Below are positions 26,601 through 37,440 of a stretch of DNA of 64,000 bases, in pieces. Where the stretch lies: contig CM106586.1 of assembly GCA_048013815.1 (NCBI GenBank), positions 6,076,001 to 6,140,000 on the forward strand. The letters run 5' to 3'. Within the stretch, counting starts at the first letter, position 1. Every line of letters starts with the position of its first letter. The position numbers were made by a program, and so were the translations under genes. This stretch comes from Setoptus koraiensis (taxonomy: Eukaryota > Animalia > Arthropoda). Under the pieces are notes generated by a model. The model made no database searches and was not told where the DNA came from. It saw nothing but the letters and a program-made list of their open reading frames with translations.

Positions 26601-27478
26601 GCCTCCTCACCTGTGCTCACCTGTAGCTGTAGCCGTAGCCGTAGCTGCAGTATTGGTATAGTAAGTGCTCGCTAGTTGCAGCAGCAGCGGCAGCAGCACT
26701 GGCTGCCGGCCTAGACAAAGACACAATGCAACGACATTAATTTGATGTCGTTGATTCGGACTTACGCTTACAAAAGATGATTTGTCGTAGCAGTGTTGTT
26801 GTGTACAACAACAACACTAATGGTTACGTAATACTAATACCAACGTAATGTTATCTATCATGCTGTCTGGTGTCGGTGCCGCTGGCGCTGGCGCAAAATG
26901 AGCAAACTGGCGCCGATAATGTGCAACTTGGCTCTCAAAAACAACCTCAGACCTCTCCCTCTCTCGCTCTGTCTGGCTCGTTACAAGTATCATACTTTGC
27001 GACGGAGAAGCGCTCAGCCGTTTCTGGCAAGTCGTTGTTGTTTTGCCTTTATCAAACCACTGCTGCCTCATCTGATGCTCATGCTGCTGGAACGCTGTGT
27101 CTATAAGCGTTGCCGCAACAGCAGCAGCAGCAGCAGATACCGGCGCTTGTCAGACAATCAGTAGTCGGTAATATAACGTGGGAGCATTGCTATTATATAA
27201 CAATTACTATTATTTACAATTATTTGTCGTTATTTGTGTTGTGTGTGTGTGTGCCGATGATTATTATTGTGATAGACGCACAATGCCAGATTAAAGATTA
27301 GCCACAGAGAGACAGCATCGCATCAGACAGTATGGCACACACACACACACAATTGCGTAATTATTATTATGCACACTTCAATCTAAAGCTGCAAAAGGTA
27401 TCTAGGGTACCATCGAGGGTATAGTGTACGCACTAGGCTGTGTCTAAAGCATACTGTGTAGTGTATCGATCTACTTAC

Positions 27479-28787
27479 ATGTTAGTGCAACAAACAACAA
27501 TATCACCGTGTATCTCACTAGTTTTCTTTTGCCTCGCATTGATCTCGGCGGTGGGCGCCATTTAACGTCAGGCATGCTACGGGTACTACTTGTTGAATCG
27601 TTGCCTATCACATCCTCATAGCGATTGCGCGCCACCTTGTGTCCGGAACTCACTCTTTCCACTGGTGACACTATAGCGACTTTGGGCGTTACATGCTCGC
27701 CAATACTGGCCACTCTGGAGCCTGGCAAGTCAAAACTCTTGTAAGTGTTGCCATAATGATCGGCTAGGGGTGCTTTAGAGCCCATTTGTTGCTGCTGTGG
27801 ACTTGCAGTTGTCATATTTGTTGCCGGTGTCAGTGTGTAATTGGCTGACAACGTGTATGACGTGGCCATGGTTGCTCCGAATGAATTTTGCATATTATCC
27901 AAATTGTGTCGCTTACGCCAATAACTTGTCAAAAAATCGTTGGCCTGATCATGGGCCGATGTTGGTGTTGTCAGCACCAGATTGTTGTTATTAAATTGCT
28001 GTTGTCTTTGTGAGTTGCATTTGTCGTCGTCGTCGTTGTCTTGTCTCTGCTGTTGTTTGTTTATTTTTGCCATAGACTCTGTCAGGTTGATCTCTTTGAT
28101 TTTGCTCGGTAGGTCTAGCTTGTCGCGGGCCGCTCGAGGTCGATAGGCATAAAATAGACGCTCGTCAATGTAGGGCCACATTATTGTCCAGGGCACATAA
28201 AATTGTAGTCCATAGGATAGGCCGATTGCCATGGCGAACATGAGCCGCACAAATTCATTCAATGTTGTCTTGGGCAAATTGATTGTTATGGATCCATTGA
28301 TAAATTGGCCATACTTGAGGTAACCAAAATAACCCATGGCCATGTATAATAGACCAACTAACATCATTGATGTGTTTAGAACACCATTGAAGCCGGGAAA
28401 CAATTCGGGCCGTTCCATTTCTTTGACTAAAGGCAACACAACGCCAATACCTTCGAAGGCATAGACAGCCGTGGCGAAAAACAAAGGCAGACCAGCAACG
28501 AGATCGCTGCTGACACTATTGACAATTGTACCTCCATCATCCACTATTAACTGTTCCATTGATGTAATATTGTTTATAAATGTTGTCGATGTTGTTGTTG
28601 TCGAGTGTAACTGAAACAAATCGGCAAATATGAGCGACAGGCCAGTTAATTGAAGAACATTGGCAATGGTGCTTATTACGGACAAATGCTTCAGGTTGCT
28701 TATGCAACTGGTCAGTCCAATTACGGGGAACAATATGAGCATGTAGCTAGAGGTGCTCAGATGTATTGTGAACAAATTGAACATGGC
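27479..28787 (-). CDS. SLC36A: SLC36 transporter, coding exon 2 of 4 (contains a very long loop insertion)
   Basis: Acceptor tatacAG at 28789-28788 closes a 109-bp intron in frame. Encodes LPLFFATAVYAFEGIGVVLPL, YMAMGYFGYLKYG, GSITINLP and LSYGLQFYVP. Phase-1 donor GTAAGT at 27478-27473. Confidence 0.92.
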
Positions 28788-28896
28788 CTGTATATGAAAT
28801 AAACCAATATAAATATATAATAATCTCGTTAATTATAAGCCATAACGACACTGAGCTAAGACAAAATCATTGTCTTGTCAACTTGTAGATACTCAC

Positions 28897-29514
28897 CAGT
28901 TGGATATTCTCAATGACAAACATTATATAGACACAGCAGAAACCAAACTGTGTAAACATGAGAAACGAAGTGACCACTGTCTGGGCGATTTTTGCGTAAC
29001 GTCTCGCACATTTTGGACCGATTGCCATAGCCAGGGCGGCCACTTGATCGTAGTCCAATGACTCATAATTAAAACGATCGCACAACCTGTTGTGACTACT
29101 AATTAATATGTGCATACAATGCACACAAATTGTACCAATTATTGGCACCAATAAAAAGCCTAGCCAGAGGCCAACATTTTTAAAGGCATTGGGCATTGCC
29201 AGAACTCCGGTGCCAATATTTGCCTTTAACACGTGCATCATTGTTTGTAAATCGCTTGTTTTGTTGTTTGAGTCGCCACAATCGGCTAACAGTAATAAAT
29301 TGTTACCATTGTCGTCATCGTTGTGGCCATCATTGAAACAATTTCTTCTGCTATTGTCTCTCTCAAATATTATACCGGGTCTGGACTTTCCAGACTGGCT
29401 GTACTGCTGCTGTTGCTGTTGATTGTGTGATTGTGATTGTATTATATCCGGCTTTTTAATTGAATCTCTCAAATTATGCTTATATGATGATGAGGGCGAA
29501 GTTGAATTCTCCAT
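28897..29514 (-). CDS. SLC36A: Proton-coupled amino acid transporter (SLC36/AAAP family, pathetic-like), coding exon 1 of 4
   Basis: ATG at 29514 with an in-frame stop upstream. Encodes TSDLQTMMHVLKANIGTGVLAMPNAF (TM1 signature), LLVPIIGTICVHCMHIL and TQFGFCCVYIMFV. Phase-0 donor GTGAGT at 28896-28891. Confidence 0.92.
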
Positions 29515-30372
29515 AGCTATAATTGTTGATAATTTGCTTCTTGTCTGAGAATACTTTTACGAGATGACTAGTTGGAATATATTAATAGATTTGACTGTTG
29601 CCTGATTGATTCGTCTGTTTGCGCTAATGCGTCTAGATGTTGCTGTTGATACCAATATGATGGCTATAAAGTAATAATTGTTATAATGATGATATAGTTG
29701 ATTATTTGCTCACATTATTATGATTGGTGACAAAGATAGTTATCTGTTTAATTCGGAATGCAATCTAAAGAGCTCCTTGTCGGTGTTGCTATTGTAAATG
29801 TTTATGATGGCTCTTGCTAATATTACTAATACTAATAAATCAAATACTTCTGAGCCACTCATCATACATTGCTTGTTGATTGAATTGAGAAATTGACTCG
29901 ATTGATAGGGTTAATGGGGTTCGCGAAGCGGTTATTCAGTAGTCTAATTAATTACACCATTGACTTGACTGCTGATGTCAATAATTCAACAATCAACCAT
30001 AGATTTGCTTTGTTGTTATTGTATAGTCGCTATCGCGATAGTGTTTGGTATGAAACTCTTACTCGAGTTTGGACAAGTTTAAATGTTTATGATATAATCA
30101 CAATCAAAAGTTACTAGGTACATGCGACACGTTTCAATGATCATTTACACATATGAATAAACAGGATCAATTTACAAGAATTTTTATCGATCTTCATTTA
30201 GGCAACTGGTATCATCGCGCTCACCAATAATTCTATGGTCAACTTTATGAGCTGTAATGATACTTGACAAGTGTACACATTTACTCACCATAAGTGTCTT
30301 GCTAATCTGATGATCTCTATAGAAAAATTTGCAATCATCAACAATCTCCACAGCAAGATGGTCGATCAGTTA

Positions 30373-30872
30373 NNNNNNNNNNNNNNNNNNNNNNNNNNNN
30401 NNNNNNNNNNNNNNNNNNNNNNNNNNNNNNNNNNNNNNNNNNNNNNNNNNNNNNNNNNNNNNNNNNNNNNNNNNNNNNNNNNNNNNNNNNNNNNNNNNNN
30501 NNNNNNNNNNNNNNNNNNNNNNNNNNNNNNNNNNNNNNNNNNNNNNNNNNNNNNNNNNNNNNNNNNNNNNNNNNNNNNNNNNNNNNNNNNNNNNNNNNNN
30601 NNNNNNNNNNNNNNNNNNNNNNNNNNNNNNNNNNNNNNNNNNNNNNNNNNNNNNNNNNNNNNNNNNNNNNNNNNNNNNNNNNNNNNNNNNNNNNNNNNNN
30701 NNNNNNNNNNNNNNNNNNNNNNNNNNNNNNNNNNNNNNNNNNNNNNNNNNNNNNNNNNNNNNNNNNNNNNNNNNNNNNNNNNNNNNNNNNNNNNNNNNNN
30801 NNNNNNNNNNNNNNNNNNNNNNNNNNNNNNNNNNNNNNNNNNNNNNNNNNNNNNNNNNNNNNNNNNNNNNNN
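30373..30872. other. Assembly gap (500 N)
   Basis: Run of exactly 500 N. The round size suggests a scaffolding placeholder. ORFs spanning it are artefacts. Confidence 0.99.
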
Positions 30873-31050
30873 GACACAAAATCGATCCGACGCCTTTATC
30901 CAACATAGGTGATATAATTATTCCAAAGAAGATACCTCACAAGTCAGTCAGTTGAGGTTTTAATAGGTCATTGTTTGCTCAGCTCGATCAACTAAGAAGA
31001 TTCACGCTAAAGTCGGTGCTCATCATGCTGAAGTCGGTTAGAGCTGCGTA

Positions 31051-33183
31051 TCACAGTAAATGAGGTTCACCTTGTAATCCCAACTTTTTTAATTTGCTGA
31101 ATAGAGGCATAACTGTACAATTAAGGTATCCATCAATCTGACTCTCATCAACAATACAATGGGGGTCCTCTCCACCAATCAATATGATCCTTCTCGGTAG
31201 ATGCTGCAAAATTAATCGAACTTGGGGTAAATCAACAGGCTTATTTTGGGTGTCGATGATAATTACTGAATCTACTTTGATCCAGTCCCAATCGATTAAC
31301 CTGGACAAATTATTGTAGGTACAACACAATACTTGTGACTTCTTCACAATCTTATATGCACATTCTGATTGATATCGAATCCAATTTCGTCTTGCTTGCT
31401 CATTAAGTTGAAAATATTCTGACGTTGTGATGACGTTGGTTTGTATTCCAGGGAATGTTACGGGTAATTCTTGCAAACGTTGATCTAAATAGAAAGACTT
31501 TTTGTTTTGGGGCGTATCGTACTTGGGACGAATGCTGACAATATCCAGGTTACCCATCTTGTGAATCCTATCAGCAAAATTGTCTAAAACAACATCTTCT
31601 ACAGAACAAACTAAAATTTTGGAATCTTCATTTTGCCTTGTTTCAAAGAGATGATTGGCCAGTGATGCGACCATCGATTCTTGGTTATCTTCAACAAGAT
31701 GCTTCGAAACTGCTGTTACTCTATGACTGATTGCATGATAAATCAAACTTTTCTGTTTATCATTTAGAATAGTACTCATATTATTCTCGCTTAGTTGAAC
31801 GTATCTGACTGAGTTCCTCACGTCATCGCGCGGAATAGAGTATTTAGAAGTCAGTATAATATCACAGAGGAGACTATCTGATAATACTCGTTGTTCATCA
31901 GATAATGCAAGACTCTTGCTTGCAAGAGCGCTTCGTAGATCTATATTTAAAACTTTGAAATCATCTTCAGCCATATCAGTGGAAAACAGTGAAGGAGTGA
32001 ACCCTCTACCACTGTTATTGAAGACGATATACATAAAAGATTCATCGTAGTCTTCATCGATATGAAAGTCATCTTTCGTTAGAACTATGCCCAGTACTAA
32101 TAATCTCTTTTTCTTACGACTTAAATATATTTGGTCACCTGGCAGTATATTTCGAGTGAACATGGGATCCATTGATTCGAGCTTTATCTTTGCGTAATCA
32201 AAAGTCCTTCTGCCTTCATTGATAGGTCCATAGATCACCGGCACGCACTCTTGTTGATACTCCTCTATCATTTGTTGTCTGCAATTGTCGAATATTGTCG
32301 CTAGCTGTTCTATCTTATCGATCTCTTCATCAGAGTAATCATCGTGGATGGTTTCGTGACCGCCGTCTCTACAATCAAAAAGTAGATGTACATTATCGGG
32401 TAATGCCGCAGATATGGGATCAATACCATTCAAGAGTTTAAGCTTTGGACATCTTCGAATTATTTCTGAGATTTCGTTCAAGGCATGATCTTCTAGTCCA
32501 CTATCGCTGGTCTTATTTTTGAACTGTATCGAAAGATACTCTAAATCTGGGCAAGATTGCACAAAATTTGTTGCATCAAATAGCATAGTGCTTGTTATGT
32601 CGAGTGATTGTAAGCTATATGATCCAGTTGCTTTAATATAAGCATCACTAGTGAAGCCAGGTCTATAGACCGTGACGTTTCGCATCTTAAGACGCAGTAC
32701 TCTATCCCGACAAACATCCATCACTCGACTTAATTCGGCCTCATCGTCCAACCTGGCATAATCCAATATCAGCGTTATTATTTTATCACATTTGGTCACT
32801 ATTGAAAGCAGTTCATGAGAGGCTAGTGGCACTCTGGTCAAATTCAAGCTTAATAAATTTTTACAGTTATCCGTTATAAGCCGATGGTCATTGTGCTTGA
32901 TCCTTCTAATGACACTCATTTTCTTTTGATTTGAGAAATTGGCTTCTTTCAGATTTGGTACCTGTGTTAATAGTGGCTCGAGATCTTGAAACTCGAATGA
33001 TCTTGATTTATACTTATCGAACGATATAGTCTTGATACGCCTGTAAGAGTCAATGACCAGTCTATTAAGGCTCTTGCTGACTTGACACAAGCGGCCGCGA
33101 TCGCCAAAATTGTGGACATGGCTGATGACACACAACCAGATATCATCGGGCAATTGTTCAAATGAGTATTTTTGTTCATCCAT
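31051..33183 (-). CDS. F-box/LRR protein fused to a degenerate Upf1-like (SF1B) helicase module, 710 aa, single ORF
   Basis: N-terminal F-box ([16 protein letters not shown]...RLCQVSKSL) is followed by FBXL-type LRRs ([37 protein letters not shown]). The C-terminal ~420 aa are colinear with Upf1 1B/RecA1: [20 protein letters not shown]...[35 protein letters not shown]. Confidence 0.8.
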   Translation of the reverse strand: [710 protein letters not shown]

Positions 33184-36053
33184 ACTGATTGAATTCTCCT
33201 AGCGCCTGGTTTATCCTGGTTTATCTTTTATATAATGGGAACAATAAAGATCTGAAAAGCATATTGAAATGACTAATCATTTCAAATTGTTAGATACAAC
33301 TTGTATCATACAAGTGCAGTCTATGAGACGTTCGATTTGTTTTTTGCTTACAAGAGCTGCCGGCTGTTTTGTGTATGAGCATGTGTGTGCCATGTTTTTG
33401 ATAAACACGGACGGCAGACGCAAAACGACTTCTCAAGCTGACTTGGTTGACACAAACTCATATTCCAATGAGATGAGGCCAGACCCAAAGTCTGACCTAA
33501 TCTGACCCTGTTGGACCACAAATTCCAGTTATTCGGGAGCCTGAACCTAATCTAGACATGTATCACATGTGACAATCGTATAGATTTTTGCTGAAACTAT
33601 CGTGTCTCTAACTATGACAAACATTAAACAAACAACATGAGATTATGAGAACGATCGGTACACTTAAACAATCGACAAGGCCTACATCGGACTGGACGAT
33701 TACAAAACGATGCGAACGAAAGTGGGACCTGTATCAGATCAATAGAGCTTCCGAGCCAATCAATCGAAGGTACCATCCGTGGCTAGATCCTTGGAGCCTT
33801 ATGTTATGTAAAGATGAATTCTCTGTTGTGATACTACCATTCTAATGATGAGTTAGAGTCATACTAGCACAAGGCTGGTATATCATATACTAATGATCAA
33901 GTTCATATTATTTGAATCTATTCATTGACTTGCTAAGTCCCAGAATTTATCCAGCATGCAGAGAATCACAAGATTATGACAATGGCGACATTGTCACCTC
34001 GTGCAAATAAAGAACTTGAACGATTGGTGAAATCAATGTTCAAAATATTCGATCGGTCTGTATTTTTGCTTACACTGTCATTATGTCATGAATATGTTCG
34101 TTAAAACATTGAGACAACAAATCAGACACATGTGAAAGCATAGATATGTTCCATGGAATACAGGCAAGTAACTCTACGGATGCAAGGTAAATAATAACAA
34201 TGAACAAGACTCGAACATGTTCAATAACTTACATCTCTTCATACTATTCAATATACATATCAAATTAAAACTCTTTATATTTATACAAACTTGTAACAAA
34301 CAAAAACTTTCCTAAAACCAAAACCAACTTTATTAACCTGACTATCGCTAGCGGGCAGTGAGAACGTCTCCGAAGCCGAGGGTCAATACTGTGGATCTGG
34401 AAACTTCTTTTAAGCGTTACCCTTTAACCTGTTTCAATGAATTCGAACCTATCATGCTACTTGTTTATTTCTAGCTAATATCTGACGCCCGTGTTCGAAT
34501 CTCTCAGCAACAGATGTTGTGGAGTCATCTACTGTAAGGTTTGTAACGGTATCTCTATCCTAATAAATATGCAGAAACTTTGCTTGGCCCTTCGAGTTGC
34601 GTCGATCTAGACCAATGAGAAGCCCATCCGAGTCTAGTAACTGAGTGGTAGGTTTTCTTGCGAGCGCTGCCCGAAAATTTCCTCAGGGTATAAGGTGACG
34701 ATCACCAGGTTATCTATTCGTTGCTTTGAAATCATAACATTCCCATAGTATAACTATGGATGACGCAATCATATCATCATATCATATTTGCAAATGGATA
34801 TGGAGAATTTTCACCTTTATCGATGTGTAATCTGCACCTCCCCGATTTTCAAGGTTTCATCGAATTTCCGGCCAGGTTTTCAGCACCTTAAACAAAATCC
34901 AGAATGTTCCAATTAACCTTGTCTAGTTGTGCACTAAATCATTGATTGATCTATCGAGGTGTAAGTTATTCACTGTAAATCCGCTATGAATAACCTGATT
35001 CATTCTTATTCGTGTCTACCCCACCGACAAGTTTTCTTACGAATTCTCTTAAAGAATTGTTCTCTCGCAACAACTGATCTTTTTGATCTTGATTGTATGT
35101 GCTGTCTGTTATATAATGCATGCTTTACTAACTAGACTTGGTACAGACAGCAAACATGTCATAGGACACATAGTTCACACGATCGGAAGTTAGCAGTAGA
35201 TTCGGCTCAAGGGAACAGCATTACTGTTGCATTGTACTGTTGCATAACACTGTTCTGAACTGAACTAAGAATTTTGGAACTAATGACACCTGTGTGTTCT
35301 CTTTCTTCGAATGGTAAACAAACACAAGACACATTATCATGGAATTTCTGTAAGAAAGTTGTAGACGTAATGTGAGAGTTATGATCTCATTATGATTACA
35401 AGTATTCAAAGTGTTGTTGTCTAAGATCGTCAAGATTGGTTTCTTTTGAGCACTAAAGCTCACATAATCATGCTAATCATAGTGGAAAAATGACAAGTTT
35501 TTAAGAGACAATTTTTTATGTTGAAAATATGTTCTCATATCGGCAAGATAATGGATCAAAGTTCTTGGTTGGTTTTCTCCTGAAACGTCGCATAAGAAGT
35601 TGCAATTATTGATTGGTTATTCGAGGTCATATTATGATAATGCAACAAAAATAATGAGCTACCATAATTTGATCTAAGCTAACACCTATCACCCTATTAT
35701 CTATAGCTGCTGAACTTTTTTTTTCTGTCCAAAATAGTGATAAAGAAGGACAACCTTTCGTAGCTGTTATCTCAGACATATCTAACTATATTGTTCATTT
35801 ATACAAAAAGGCGTCTATACAGTAATTATAAGCTAAACAGTGTGCGACATAAATTTGCTTGTTTCGAACATTTTTTCTAGTATAATATTTCGTGCAGAGA
35901 CCCAATACCCCTTCAATCAATTCGAGTCATTCGTTCAGTAATCTTTCAGAAATATATCTTCATCTCAGCCTCAAACTTCTCATTTGTAACAGCAGCATAT
36001 ATATAAAGTTATATTCAAAGTTTAAGGGAATAGTCCATCCTAGCGACAACATT

Positions 36054-36932
36054 ATGCCATCAAAATCCAGATTATGCAGCTATTTGACGATGTTCCTCGT
36101 CTGCGTTATAGGAGCGTCTGAGGCGTTCCCGTTAGATCTTATACCGACAAAGTTGTTCGGTTTTGAGCAACACAACGCCATTGAACATAACGGGGAATTG
36201 AGTGGAGGTGAGTCTAATCATAAACAACAGGTGGAAATGATTCCAGGTGGAAGTGTCATTGGTTCGCTAGATAGAATTGATTCGGTGCCAGCAAAACACC
36301 AATCAGGCAACTTTGGACAGAGATACAACTATCATCAACAACAACAAAACTCTGTTAACGCCAACAACAACAACGACGAATTTAATCCTTCGATTCCGAA
36401 ATTTGAAGCAAGTCACGAGCAATCATACTACAGCAAACAATCAAACGATGCTGATGCATCATCGGGACAAGAGGCAACATCCAGCGATGGACTCCAGCAA
36501 AATTCTGCTCCTCAATCTACCGACAGTAATGACAATGGTAGATCAGCGACAGAGGAGAGCATTGAGAAAATTCAAAGCAAAGTTGAGGCCGAATTGAAAG
36601 ATGTCAAAGATTTTAAACATTACAAAGAGATAGCCTCTGAGCCTCGAGAAGACCATCACGAAGATGAACATCAAAATCATCACGAAGACCACCATGAGGA
36701 ACATCATCACGAGGAGCCAAAGAAACAAGAGGAACACTCTCATGGACATCATCATGAGGAATCATACAAGCATCCCGAACCAGAAAAGAAACATGATCAC
36801 GAGGAACACCATGACAACCACGAAGAGCACCATGGACACCACGAAGAACATCATCACACACCTGAGGCATTTGAGGTTCACCACAAGAAAGGAGGCAAGA
36901 GCTTCCAATATTTTCATCAGAAACATCGTTGA
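36054..36932 (+). CDS. Putative secreted His/Glu-rich protein, 292 aa
   Basis: The first ATG of the ORF (36054) is followed by a signal-peptide-like MPSKSRLCSYLTMFLVCVIGASEA|F. The C-terminal ~95 aa carry about 30 His interleaved with Glu/Asp and end in PEAFEVHHKKGGKSFQYFHQKHR. Confidence 0.75.
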   Translation: MPSKSRLCSYLTMFLVCVIGASEAFPLDLIPTKLFGFEQHNAIEHNGELSGGESNHKQQVEMIPGGSVIGSLDRIDSVPAKHQSGNFGQRYNYHQQQQNSVNANNNNDEFNPSIPKFEASHEQSYYSKQSNDADASSGQEATSSDGLQQNSAPQSTDSNDNGRSATEESIEKIQSKVEAELKDVKDFKHYKEIASEPREDHHEDEHQNHHEDHHEEHHHEEPKKQEEHSHGHHHEESYKHPEPEKKHDHEEHHDNHEEHHGHHEEHHHTPEAFEVHHKKGGKSFQYFHQKHR

Positions 36933-37440
36933 AACTGTCTCCGCTCAAAGACGGATATAAGCGTTGCCAAGAGTGAAGTGGAGCGGATGTGATCTAGGCG
37001 AATATAATGTTTCTTGCCGAACAGCTCAGAACTGTTACTTGGTGCGCGGATAAGTATAATTTCCAATAATTCTGAGCTAGACTTGGGTAATTATTATTCA
37101 AAGTGAGATTATGCTTTCGGTTGTGTGAGCATTCAGTTGATATGTCAACATATTTATCTGGATATATATTTATGCCTAAACTTTTAAATGGTTGGCAACA
37201 AAAACACAAATCAATTAATTCCTCAGTAAATTAAAGTTACTCTTAAAGTTTATCAACAACGCGTGAAGTAAACCTAGCTCCTGTAACATTTCCCCTTCTC
37301 AATATTGTTTCACCTTTTACTCTATTTTGTTTCACCTTTATCCCATGATGTTTCCTCTTCTACTCAATACTGATTTTTCCTTTTCTCTGCAAATATATAA
37401 AAAAAAATATTAAGGGTTTTCCTGAGAGCTTCCACTATCA

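Noticed and set aside
30271-30955. ORFs spanning the N run
   Set aside because: Artefacts of translating Ns.
31003-31050. Read-through after the F-box fusion stop (YAALTDFS) resembling the Upf1 QYRMHPALSAF linker
   Set aside because: Similarity is too weak and another stop follows within about 20 codons.
34441-34505. tRNA T-loop-like GTTCGAAT motifs on both strands
   Set aside because: Flanks do not form a T-stem or cloverleaf.
35892-36053. 5' extension of the His-rich ORF
   Set aside because: It begins at GTG; the first ATG (36054) directly precedes the signal peptide.
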